Below are positions 24,385-36,347 of a stretch of DNA of 64,000 nucleotides, piece by piece. A model generated the notes under the pieces. That model had not been told where the DNA came from. It did no database searches and saw only the letters and a list, made by a program, of their open reading frames with translations. The DNA lies in contig OZ360223.1 in assembly GCA_977017645.1 (NCBI GenBank), positions 139,128,001 to 139,192,000 of the forward strand, written 5' to 3'. Made by a program: the position numbers and the translations under genes. Within the stretch, counting starts at the first letter, position 1. Every line of letters starts with the position of its first letter. The stretch is from Torpedo marmorata (taxonomy: Eukaryota).

Positions 24385-26256
24385 ACCGAGGATGCTATTT
24401 CAACAGTGCTCCACTCTGCTTTGACACACTTGGACAGCTCTAACTCTTATGTCAGAATGCTGTTCATAGACTTCAGCTCGGCTTTCAACACTGTTATTCC
24501 CTCCAAGCTGATTACCAAACTTCGTCTGCTTGGTATCAGCTCATCCCTCTGTAATTGGATTTTGGACTTTCTAACGAACAGACCCCAATCTGTTAAGTTA
24601 GGCAATCTTTTCTCTTCCATTCTCACCTTGAATACCGGCGTACCTCAGGGTTGTGTGTTGAGCCCTCTTTTGTATTCCCTTTTTACCTCCGACTGAGTTC
24701 CTTTACATAGTACGAACTCTATAATCAAGTTCGCAGATGACATCACGGTGGTTGGCCTGATCAGAGGGGACGATGAAACGGCCTATAGGGATGAGGTTCA
24801 GCACCTGGCCTTGTGGTGTGCCGATAATAACCTGACACTTAATACTCAGAAGACCAAGGAGATCATTGTGGACTTTAGGCGTGCTGGAAGCCACACTCAC
24901 GTCCCTATTTACATTCATGGAGTTGTGGTGGAACTTGTGTCAAGCTTTAAATTTCTTGGCGTCCAGATTTCTGAAGATCTTACTTGGGCGTTGAATTCTT
25001 CAAAGCTTTTTTTTAAATTTTTTTATATATTTTATTTAAATTTTTAAATCACAGATTACATAAAATAATTTTGCATATATTTCAAAGAAAAATACATGTG
25101 ATTTACATTTTCTCCCCCCCTTCCCACCCTCCCCATCCTCCCTCCCCACCCTAACCCTTATATCCCCACTACTCTAAAAATAATAATATAGTAAAGAGAA
25201 AAGAAAAAAGAAAGATAGAAAAATAGAATGAGGAGACAACAAACTTAAAACTAATTTACCTTAGAGGTTATTTTCGCCAGTGGATCTGATATCCAGAGAA
25301 TTTACATTGTTAAACCCATAATCCTCATATATGGGCCCCAAATTTTCAAAAAAGAATGATATTTATTTCGCAAATTACAAGTAATTTTTTCTAAAGGTAT
25401 ACATGAACGTAACTCTGCATGCCATCGTTCTAAATTTAAATCCACATCCGACTTCCAAGTAATAGCTATACACTTTTTCGAAACTGCTAATATTATACGT
25501 AGAAATTCTATTTGATACATATTTAATCTATTTCTAATACGAAATTTTTTAATATCTCCGAATAAAAATAACATAGGATCCATTGTAAACTCAACATTAA
25601 AAATGAATTCTTCAAAGCTGATTAAAAAGGCACAACAGCGTCTTTACTTTCTGCAAAGCATGAGGAAGGTACACCTCTGTCCCAGGATATTGCTGGATTT
25701 CTATAGATGTACCATTGAGAGTGTACTAACATATGGTATCTCGGCGTGGTACGGTAACTGCCTAGTACAAGACCGCAAAGTACTCCAGATGGTGGTGAAA
25801 ACTGCCCAGCGGATTATTGGCATGCAGTGGCCCACCATCGAGAACATCTATAGAGAACGGTGTCTGGGCAGAGCGAGGAACATTATTAAGGATGCATCAC
25901 ACCCAAATCACGGACTTTTTACTCTTCTCCCATCGGGCAGACGCTACAGGAGCCTTCGCTCGTGTACCAGCAGGCTGAAGAAGAGTTTCTTTCATGAGGC
26001 TGTGAGCCTGATGAACACTGAATCGCAGCGCTGAGTGGTACTGCACTCACAGTGTAATATCAGTACTTTTATAATAGTTTGTTGTTGAATAGGTTGTCGT
26101 TGTTGATTAGGTTATTGTTGGTTTTAATTGCACATGTTTTACTGTGATGTATATAGCACTATTTTTTTAAACTTCTGGTTGGATGCTAGTTGTATCTCAT
26201 TGGCTTGTTTTGAACTGCTACAATGACAATAAAGTGCATCTAATCTAATCTAATCT
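24385..26256 (+). mobile_element. 5'-truncated Rex1/Babar LINE (RT to 3' UTR) with (CTAAT)n tail, split by an L1 insertion
   Basis: ORFs 24406-24696, 24748-25007 and 25603-26034 are consecutive Rex1 RT/C-terminal segments ([48 protein letters not shown]). Ends with AATAAA and CTAAT repeats. Possible TGTGAC TSD. Confidence 0.92.
25008..25603 (-). mobile_element. 5'-truncated L1 (ORF2 C-terminus, 3' UTR, polyA)
   Basis: ORF 25302-25583 matches the L1 ORF2 end. 16-bp TSD TGAATTCTTCAAAGCT at 24992-25007 and 25604-25619. Confidence 0.95.
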
Positions 26257-26899
26257 TGTGACACCATTTTCCTGTCTTTGGGTGGCATGAAATATGAATT
26301 TTATCAGGGGAACCAATGGAAGTTTCTTCCCACCTACTGATACAATACCTCATTTTATTGGGTAGTGACAATGCCACTCAGTGTCACCTCGATGGTCCTC
26401 AACATTGATTCCATGCTGTGATTTCCTGCTCCTACCCTCCACCTTAGAAACCCATCCCTAAAAATGACCAGAGGCAACCCTCTTTCTTGGATTCTCCCTC
26501 AATTAAGTTGGGATAAATAATCCTTTCAAGACATTTATGGCCACTAGCTGACACTGATGTGCTTCATCACTTTAAATAAGATTGTCCACCAGCAATGTGG
26601 CCCCTGTCACTGATCGTACCATCATCAATACACCTGCCCGGTAAGAAATGTGTGGGACTATGTTCTGTAGGTACAATCAATGGGCTTTGTCCGATAATAT
26701 CCGAGAAGTGTGGTACTGCCCAGAAAACAAAATAGGTGTCCCTTTCATAGGGAAAAATTCTGCTTTATGGAGTCAGAAGCCTGCAGGCAAAAGCCACTGG
26801 TCCTAAATCTGCGAGACCGACAAAATTCTTCCAGCATTTCTGTTTGTTTTTACTACAATCACAGCGTCTGCAGACTTTCGTATTTCACTCTGCACACAT

Positions 26900-27210
26900 C
26901 AAACACCCTGCCCTTGTCAATCCTGTTTGTCACCTTTGATAACACTCAGTTAAATTGGTGAGACACAATTCCTTACGCATAAAGCTGTGCTGTTTGTCCT
27001 TGATCAGACTTGCCTTCCCATATGCAGATAGATCCTGTCGCTCAGAATCCCATCCAGTAACTTCCCAACCACTGATGTTAGGTCTGTTGACTGTCTATTC
27101 ATTGTCTTGTCCTTGCTGCCTTTCTTAAATAAATCCACAACATTAGTCACTTTCCACACTTCTGATACATCACCCGTAGATAACAACGATGCAAATTCTA
27201 ACATGTATGC
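26900..27210 (-). mobile_element. CR1 RT N-terminal fragment
   Basis: WKVTNVVDLFKKGSKDK...LTSVVGKLLDGILSDRIYLHM. Confidence 0.8.
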
Positions 27211-27332
27211 AGACTGAAGAGGTGGGAACTGTTTTTTCCTGGAGTGGAGGAGGTTTGGAGGGGACATGATTGGCCTATATTGAAGTAAGAGGGATATAGA
27301 CAGAGATTGAAGGGAACATTGCGGAATACCAG

Positions 27333-27556
27333 AGGTAGATAAAGGTAAAGGTTCCATTATTGTCATGTAATACTACATTTAGAATGTAACATACATGAAA
27401 TTCTTTAATTTTTGTCTATCGTAAGGCGCCCCTCACAGACACCTACAGCACCTGGTGTTCCTAGGCGGTCTCCCCTCCAAGTACTGACCAGTACTGTGCT
27501 TGCTTAGCTTCGGAGATCAGACAATCCCAGTCGTATTCAGGCTATTGGTGCTGTTG
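27333..27556 (-). mobile_element. 5S rRNA-derived SINE (SINE3-like)
   Basis: Reverse complement contains TCTGATCTCCGAAGCTAAGCA..TGGTCAGTACTTGGAGGGGAGACCGCCTAGGAACACCAGGTGCTGTAGG (5S boxes A and C), then a non-5S tail ending in CCTTTA repeats. Confidence 0.85.
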
Positions 27557-27930
27557 CAAGAGCATTATGTTAAAACTACTGCAGAATACATTAGTGAGAC
27601 TACACTTGGACTGTTGGTATAGGACAGATATTGTTAAGCTGGAAAGGGTTCTGTAAAAATTCACAAGAATAATTCAGATGCAGATTTATTGTTAGAGTAC
27701 ATACATGACATCACAGACAACCCTGAGATTCTTTTTCCTGTGGGGGAGGCAGAATTACCACTTATTGGTGGTGCAAACAAAAACTGTACACAGCGTAAAC
27801 ATGTAAACAAATAAAAAACTAAACAGATAACGAGTGTAAACAAACTGACTGTGCAATACAGAGAGAATAAAAAATATCAATAAAGTGCACAAGTAAGAGT
27901 CCTCAAATGAGTCCCTGATTGAGTTAGTTT

Positions 27931-30900
27931 TTTTTTTAAAGTTTTTTTTAAACTTTTAAATCACAAAATACATAGAATAAAATATAAAATTATCAAAATA
28001 CATGTGATATATTTTCACCCCCCCCATCTCCCTCCCCTCCCTAACCCCCCCATCCCCACTAATCTAATAATAAAGTAACAATAAAAATAAAAATAGAAAA
28101 AAGAAAGAAAGGAAAAGATAGAATAAGGGGAATATCATCTATAAACTAATTCTATTACGGAGGTCAAGTTTGCCAGCAGATCCGATATCTAGAGATCTTC
28201 AAATCCTTAAACCCACAGCTCTCATATATGGGCTCCAAATTTTCAAAAAGAAATGATATATATTACGTAGATTATAAGTAATTTTTTCCAGTGGTATACA
28301 CGAACGAAGTTCTGCATGCCATCTTTCTAATCCTAAATCTAAATCAGATTTCCAAGTAATAGCAATGCATTTTTTTGAAACTGCTAAAGCAATTCGTAAA
28401 AATTCTACTTGAAACATATTTAATTTCTTTTTAATACTAAATTTTCTAATATCTCCAAATAAGAATAACATAGGATCCATTGGAAATGTAATATTAAATA
28501 CTTTATCTAACAATTTTTTTACTTTCAACCAAAAATCTTGAATTTTTGGACAAAACCATGTAGAATGTACAAAAGAACTTTCCTCATTATTACATCTAAA
28601 ACATAAACCTGATAATGTCGGATTAAATTTCTTTAATATTTTAGGTGTTAAATATAATTGATGAAAAAAGTTATATTGTACTAATCTATATCTAACATTA
28701 ATAATCTTCGTCATACTTAATTTACATAATTCTTTCCAATGATTCTCATCTATTCGTATATTCAAATCTAATTCCCACTTTAATCTTGATTTATGAATTC
28801 CTACTTTAGTCATTTTCCTTTGAAACAATTTATACATTTGAGAAATAAATTTATTAACTTCTCCATTAGTGACTAATAATTCTAATTCATTTTGTCTTGG
28901 TAAAATCAAAGCATGACCTAATTTCTCGATTAAAAAGGCTTTAACTTGATAATAAGCTAAAAATGTATTATCTAATATATTGAATTTATCTTTCATTCTT
29001 TGAAACGTGATAAGTCTTCCAGCTTCAAAACAATCATTAATCTTCTTAATACCTTTTTGAAACCAAATTCTAAATAACTGATTATTAATAGTAAATGGAA
29101 TAAGTCCATTTTGATATAAAGGCATATTTGAAGAAATTAATCCTCTTCCACCTATCTCTTTATCCAACTTACCCCATATTTCTAACAAATGTTTAATAAT
29201 CGGTGAATTTTTCTTTTTTACTGATATTAATTTAGAATCCCATTTATAGATAATCTCTTCTTTAAAATTTTCTCCTATATTATTTAATTCTATTTTAATC
29301 CAAGCCGAAGTTTTATTTGGATCGAAAAATTCATTAACAAATTTTAATTGAGCTGCTTTATAATAATTTTGAAAATTAGGAAGTTGCAATCCCCCTAACT
29401 CATAATTCCAAGTTAACTTTTCCATACTTACTCTTGCTAACTTTCCTTTCCACAAAAATGTCCTAACAATAAAATTTAAATCTTAAAAAAATTTTTGAGG
29501 AATTCCAAAAGGAATTGATTGAAGAAGATATTGAACTCTTGGAAAAATATTCATTTTAATACAATTTACCCTTCCCATTAAAGTTATAGGTAAATCTTTC
29601 CAATTCTCTAAATCTTTCTTTATTTTCACAAATAATGGTAAATAATTTAATTTATATAAATTTTCCAATTTTGTATCAACCTTTACCCCTAAATATTTAA
29701 TTCCCTCTTTAGCCCATTTAAATTGTGTTACTTCTTTACATCTAGTATAATCACCTTGAGATAAAGCCATTATTTCACTCTTATCTGAATTAATTTTATA
29801 TCCAGATACTTCACCATATTCTCTTAGTATAATAGATAATTGTTGAAGTGACATAATAGATTTTGTCATATATATCAATACATCATCTGCAAACAAACTA
29901 ATCTAATGTTCTTCCCTACCAACTTTAATACCTACTATTTTAGGATCTTTTCTAACTAATTCAGCTAAAGGTTCTATTGCCAAAACAAATAATGCTGGTG
30001 ATAGGGGACATCCCTGTCTCGCAGATCGTGTCAAAGAAAATTTTGACGATATTTGTCCATTTGTAATCACTTTAGCTGATGGTTCTTTATATATAGTTTT
30101 AATCCAATTTATAAATATATTACCAAAACCAAATTTTTCTAATACCTTAAATAAAAAATTCCATTCTAATCTATCAAAAGCCTTTTCAGCATCTAATGTT
30201 ACAACTAATGGTAAATCTTCCTTCTTTTTATGCAAACCAATTAAACTAATTAATCTAGCTATATTATCCTTTGAATATCTATTTTTAATAAAACCAGCTT
30301 GATCTAAGTGTATCAAATCTGGTAGATATTTAGCCATTCTATTTGCTAAAATTTTTGCCATTATTTTATAATCTACATTTAATAATGAAATAGGTCTATA
30401 TGATTCAGTTTTTAATACATCTCTATCTTTCTTTGGTATAACTGTAATTATAGCATTTTAAAATGTTTTTAGTAATAAATGAGTTTCCGTAATTTGATCT
30501 AATACTTCCATATATGGAGGTATTAATAAATCTTTAAATTCTTTATAAAATTCTGATGAAAACCCATCATCACCCAGAGATTTACCATTCTTCAACGATG
30601 AAAAAACTTCAGTAACTTCTCTCATTGTAAAGGGTAAGTCTAAAGAATCTCTACTCCGGTCATTCAATTTAGGTAATGTAATTTTAGATAAAAATCTATT
30701 AATTTTAGAATCATCTTGATCAATCTGTGATCTATATAAATTCTGATAATAATCTTTAAAAGATTCATTTATTTCTTGAGGTTTATAAGTTATTTCTCCA
30801 GTATTCTACTTCCTTATAGCGTTTATAGTTTTAGAAACTTGTTCTTTTTTCAATTGCCATGCCAAAACTTTATGTGCTCTTTCTCCTAATTCGTAATATC

Positions 30901-32125
30901 TTTGTTTAGTTTTCTCAATTAATTTTTCCATTTTATATGTTTGCAACAAATTATAATGTAGTTTCTTCCTTGTTAAACAATTTCTTTTTTGAATTGATCT
31001 ATTTCTCTGTAAATCTTTTTCCATAAGTTCAATCTCCTTCTCTAATTTTTCTGATTCTCTAAGATAAACTTTCTTAATTTTAACTGAGTAGCTTATTATT
31101 AAACCCCTTAAATAAGCTTTTAAAGCTTCCCATACTATAAATTTATCATTAGTAGAGTTAGCATTTATTCGTAAAAATTCTTGAATTTCTCTTCTTATAT
31201 TTTCACAAAAATCTTTCCTTTTTAATAATGATGAGTCAAACCTCCAATTATATATAGTTTTTTCTCTTTCCGGGATTATACAAGACAATAACAAAGGTGA
31301 ATGATCAGAAATTACCCTCGCTTTATAAGATACTTGCGATATTCTATCTTGAACTTGTGATGATAATAGAAATAAATCTATTCTAGAATATGAATCATGT
31401 CTAAACGAGTAAAATGAATAATCTTTTTCCCTAGAATTCAATCTCCTCCAGATATCTATTAAATTTAAATCTTTCATCAAACTAAGAACTTTTTTCACAA
31501 TTTTAGGTCTAACAGATGATCTTGAAGTTCTATCCATTATTGAATCTAGACAACAATTGAAGTCTCCCCCAATTAAAATATTCTCATTAGCATCTGATAA
31601 ATGTAAAAAGGCATCCTGAATAAACTGCTCATCATCTGGATTTGACACATATAAATTCATAAGCGTCCAAGATTCTGAATAAATTTGACAATGTATCAAA
31701 ACGTATCTTCCTGCTACATCTGTAATTACCGATTGTATCTTAAAAGGTAATTTTTTATTAACTAATAACGCCATTGTTTTATATTCGGGGATTTATATTT
31801 TCTTTTTTTCTTTTTCCATTCTTTTCTTTATCTGAGGGGATATTAATTAGTTTACAATTCAAGGGGGGGAAGCCAGTGGATTTGATTGAAAGAGATTTGT
31901 TACAATTTGATTATGATGGATAGTAAAAATATAAACTTAGTAAATATAAATATAAATGGGCTTAATAATCCAATTAAGCGAAAAAGAACTTTAGCATATA
32001 TTAAAAAGTTGAAGGTAGATATAGCTTTCTTACAAGAGACTCATCTGATAGACTTGGAACATCAAAAATTAAAAAGAGAGTGGGTTGGCCATGTGGTGTC
32101 TTCTTCATTTAATTCTAAAGCAAGA
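27931..32125 (-). mobile_element. L1 element with near-complete disrupted ORF2 and an inverted 5' segment (31775-32125 on +)
   Basis: EN, RT (LDAEKAFD, QGCPLSP, FADD) and Cys-rich C-terminus are in the minus ORFs 28199-31774. The plus ORF at 31886 holds the ORF2 N-terminus ending SFNSKAR. TSD GATTGAGTTAGTTT at 27917 and 32933. Confidence 0.93.
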
Positions 32126-32919
32126 TTTTTTTTTTTTTAAATATTTTATTTAAAATTTTTAAATCACACAATACACAGTTTAAAACGCAAATTCCTCAAA
32201 TTACATGTGATACATTTTCACCCCCCCCCTCCCCCCCCACCCTCCCCTCCCTAACCCTCCCGAAAAGAAAGAAAGAAGAAGAAAAGGATAGAGTAAGGAG
32301 AATGTCAATCTAAAAAGAACAACTATAATCTGATCTTATTGTGGAGGATAGGCTCGCCAGCCAGACCCGATGACCAGAGATCTTCAAATCCTTAAACCCA
32401 CAATTTTTATATATGGGCTCCATACTTCCAAAAAGAAATGATACTTATCACGTAAATTATATGTAATTTTTTCGAGTGGTATGCAAGAACGCAATTCTGC
32501 GTGCCATCTTTCCAACCCCAAATCTACATCCGACTTCCATGTAGTGGCAATACATTTCTTATAAACGGCCAACGCAACACGCAAAAACTCCGTCTGGTAC
32601 ATATTCAATTTCACTCCAACACTGGTTCCTTCAATATCTCCAAACAAAAATATCATAGGATCCATTGGAAGTGTAGTTCCTAATACTTTATCTAAAAGGT
32701 TTTTAACTTTCAACCAAAAATCATAAACATTTGGACAAAACCATGTAGAATGTACAAAAGAACCTTCCTCTTTATTACATCTAAAACATAAACCAGATAA
32801 TGTCAGATTAAATTTCTTTAGTCTTTTAGGTGTTAAATATAGTTGATGAAAGAAATTATATTGCACCAATCTATATCTAACATTAATAATCTTCGTCATA
32901 CTTTGTTTACATAATTTTT
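32126..32919 (-). mobile_element. 5'-truncated L1 inserted at the 5' junction of the previous L1
   Basis: ORF 32384-32899 is an ORF2 C-terminus. TSD AATTCTAAAGCAAGATT at 32111-32127 and 32920-32936. Confidence 0.93.
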
Positions 32920-35364
32920 AATTCTAAAGCAAGATTGAGTTAGTTTTTGAGGAGTTTGATGGTGGAGGGGTAGTAGCTGTTCCTGAAACTGGTGGTGTGA
33001 GTCTTGTGGCACCTTTAACTCTTTCCTGATGGCAGCAGCAAGAACAGAGCCTGTGCTGGGTGGTGTGGATCCTTGATGATTGCTGCTGCAGTCCATCGGC
33101 AGTGTTCCCTCGAGATGTTCTTGATAGTGGGGTTTTGCCTGTGATGTCCTGGGCTGTGTCCACTATCTTATGGAGGGCTTTATGCTCAGGGGTATTGGTG
33201 TCCCCATACTAGACCATGATGCAGCCAGTCAGCACACTTTCCAGCACACATCTGTTGAAATTTGCCAGGGTTCCTAGTGTCATACCAAACCTCCACAAAC
33301 TACTGAGGAAGTAGAGGCGCTGACATGCTTTCATCACGATGCCATTAGTGTGTTGGGTCCAGAAAAGATCCTCCAAGATAGTGACTCCCAACAATTTAAA
33401 TTTGGTTACCCTCTCCACCTCTGATCCCCCAATGATCACTGGATTGTATACCTCTGGTTTTCCCTTCCTGAAGTCAACAATCAGCTCTTTGGTTTTGGTG
33501 ACATTGAGTGCAAGTTTGTTTTTACCGGGACTGGTAGGCTTGAATTATAAGGAGAGGCTTGATAGGCTGGGACATTTCTCCCCAAAGCATCCAAGACTAA
33601 GGGGAGCTGGGGGGGAGAGGTGGTTGGGGGGCGGGGTGGAAGCATCTTATAGAGGTTTATAAATTCATGAGCGGCATAAATATAGTTAATAGTCATACAG
33701 TAGCTGTTTCCTCGAGCAGGAGAATGTTTAAAAATCAAGCTCATAGATTTAAAGTGAGAGGGGAAAGATTTAAAGGGGACCTGAGGGGCATGCTCTTCAT
33801 ATAGAGGATGTTGGGTACATGGAAAAAAGCTGCCAGAGTAAGTGGAGGAAGCAGGGACAGTCTTAAAAGTAGAAAGGCATTTAGCAGGTGACTGGATAGG
33901 AAAGGTTTCGAGGGATATGTGCCAAATACAGGCAAAAGGGGAAGTTTGGTCAGCATGGTTAATTTGGGCTGAAAGGCCTGTTTCCAAGCTGTAGCACTCA
34001 GTGGCTGTATAACTCAGGGCCCACAATTTTAAAATAAAAGGTTGCCTTTTTTAAATGACGGTGACTTGGAATGTTTTTCATCAGAAGGTCATGACTTCTT
34101 GAACCCTTTTTCAAAGAGCAATGGTCAAAGGATTTTTGAATATTGTTGAGGCAGAATTGAACAGACTCTTGAGAAGTAAGGGTGTGAAAAATTACCAAGG
34201 GTGGGTGAGAATGTGGAGCTGAGGTTACAATCAACTCAGCCATCATCTTATGTAAAGGCAGCTTGTGGCTGAGTGCCCTGCTCCTGTTCTAAATGCAAAC
34301 GTTCAATTGACTAAAAGAGCAGCATCCTCACACACTCAGATCTGAGAGTCTGTGAACCCACTATAACTTGTTCTTTTGCATGAAGCCACTCAGACACAGG
34401 GTAGTTAATGCAGCAAAGTTAGATATTTGAAATGTTTGCCACCTGCCATGTTCTGAAAATATTTTGAGAGTCAGAATGATGTGATCTGAGCCCAACAACA
34501 GTCATGTACATGATAAAATGGTAAAGTCCACAACATTTCAATGCTCAATTCAGCACCTAATGTTCAGAATGCCTTATCATATTGCATAAATGTTGTCACA
34601 CCTACAATTGATCCACAAGGTTCAGTACGTTCAGTATTGTTTCAAGAACTAGCTAATCTATCTCCCTCCTGTAGGCTTCCTCATTGCTGTCTGTGATCCT
34701 GCCGACAACCATGGTGTCATCGGCAGATTTGCAGGTAGCATTTGAATTGTGTCTAGCCACACAGTCATAGGTGTAGAGTAGTAGAGCAGTGTAATACAAA
34801 CTGTTCAATGCAGAAAAAAATATTCAAGAATAAATAATATGCAAAGTAAGAGTCCTCAAATGAATCTCTGAGTTTGTTGTTGAGGAGACTGATGGTGGAG
34901 GGTTAGGAACATACCTGCAACAATGCCTGCTGTTCTGGAACTGAATGAACGACAGCAACTGAGTTAGACACAAGAAGTACCTCTCGTGCCTGTTCCACCA
35001 TTCAGTTTCATAAGACCATAAGACAGGAGCAGAAAATAGGCTTCAGCCCATTGAGTCTGCCCTGCCATTTAATCATGAGCTGATCCATTTCCCACTGCCC
35101 AACCTTTTCCCCACGCAATGGTCCTGAGGGTGATGGGAACTATGACTACAAGATCAGGCTAAAATATTTTAAAGGGGCAGTCACTGCTAGCTATTTCCTT
35201 TTATCTCCTCAGTACATTCATGAGTAAATGACACCACTTTACATTTGCCCTCAAGACTTAACGACACAGCGATTCCACCACTCGTGAACCTCTTAAAAGT
35301 TTGATTGGCATTTGAAGTTGAGAATAGTCAGATAACAACGTGGGTGGAATAATACAGATCAACA

Positions 35365-35680
35365 GGGGCGTCTAGAAGAACCATTTGGTCTGAGAGTGAG
35401 GGAGGTTTTCACACACAAGTTGGATATCTGTCTGCATGGTGAGCGGTGAGGCAAAGGTGGTGCATAAGTTGGTCTTGGTACCTCACCGGAGAAGTCTGGG
35501 TCCCTACAGCTCCCTAAGGTAGGTGAAGGGAGCTCTGTCCAGATGTTCTTGGCGATATGATGATAGAAAGAGAATTTATTTTGAGAAGATTCGTTGCTGG
35601 AAACATTACAAGCCCTGCTTGATGTCAGGCAAGAAGCTGTCATCAGGTGGGAAGTGTGCTCAAGAGTTATACTTGAGAAC
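35365..35680 (-). pseudogene. Histone H3-derived remnant with shared upstream module
   Basis: Minus strand reads IAKNIWTELP.. and KTNLCTTFASPLTMQTDIQLV (H3: [32 protein letters not shown]). Upstream CCCACCTGATGACAGCTTC matches 51453. Decayed stem-loop at 35365-35382. Confidence 0.78.
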
Positions 35681-36347
35681 GGTGTAAAATTATGATGTAC
35701 ATACCCTCGGGGAAGGGACAAAAATGTTCGCAATATACGCCGAGTCTGGCAGTGTGACAGAACACATGTATTCTTACAGGGGTCAAAGGATGGTTGCAGA
35801 GAAAATTGATACTCGCCCAATAAATTTAGACAAAGGAGTCAGTCTTAAATCTAGGGGGCCAGACCATTTTGAATTCCTATCAAGGCAAATTTCTCACAAA
35901 TGTTGAACATGAAATCTCTATACCATTGCTTTAAAGCATATACCAATAATTATGTGGATATTGATGACATGAGGTTGATCATTCAGTAAATTTTTGCAGA
36001 GGTAGATATGACGCGCGCACGTCATATCCATTCGAATGCAAATTTTGAACGTAAATCAACACATTTAAAAAAAATTATTTAGAATTTTAAATCACTTGAT
36101 AATACATATTGTAAAATGCAAAATTATCAAAATACATGTGATATATTTTCACACCCCCTCCCTCCCTCCCTTCCCTAACCCTCCCACCCTTACTATTCTA
36201 ATAAAATAAAAAGAAAGAAAGAAAGAAAAAGATAAAGTAAGGAGAATGTCAATCTAAAAAGAACAACTATAAGCTAATTTTATTGTTGGACACAGGTTCA
36301 CCAGTCAGATCCGATATGCAGAGATCTTCAAATCCTTAAACCGACAG

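Larger units (their letters stand above)
23700..26720 (-). mobile_element. LTR retroelement (Gypsy-like) pol remnant, RNase H-integrase region, interrupted by Rex1 at ~24385-26256
   Basis: Minus strand gives RAAELAKVGA (RNase H end), KGLCWWPGTDKELKHCNDKYLICTQYN (integrase zinc-binding region) and WGLPFVLMQICNMVSSSTSISPY (integrase core end). PLIVPTEHSPTHFL lies near 26670. Confidence 0.65.
27671..33515 (-). mobile_element. Rex1/Babar 3' fragment (pieces 27671-27930 and 32933-33515) split by L1s
   Basis: ORF 33209-33439 reads VERVTKFKLLGVTILEDLFWTQH..QRLYFL. The 3' UTR continues across the L1 TSD. Confidence 0.85.
27557..33990 (+). mobile_element. CR1 3' portion split by a nested Rex1/L1 stack (CR1 pieces ~27557-27670 and ~33520-33990)
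   Basis: Left piece reads KLERVL*KFTR, right piece LPGLVGLNYKERLDRLGHFS; these are contiguous in CR1 ORF2. Confidence 0.75.
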
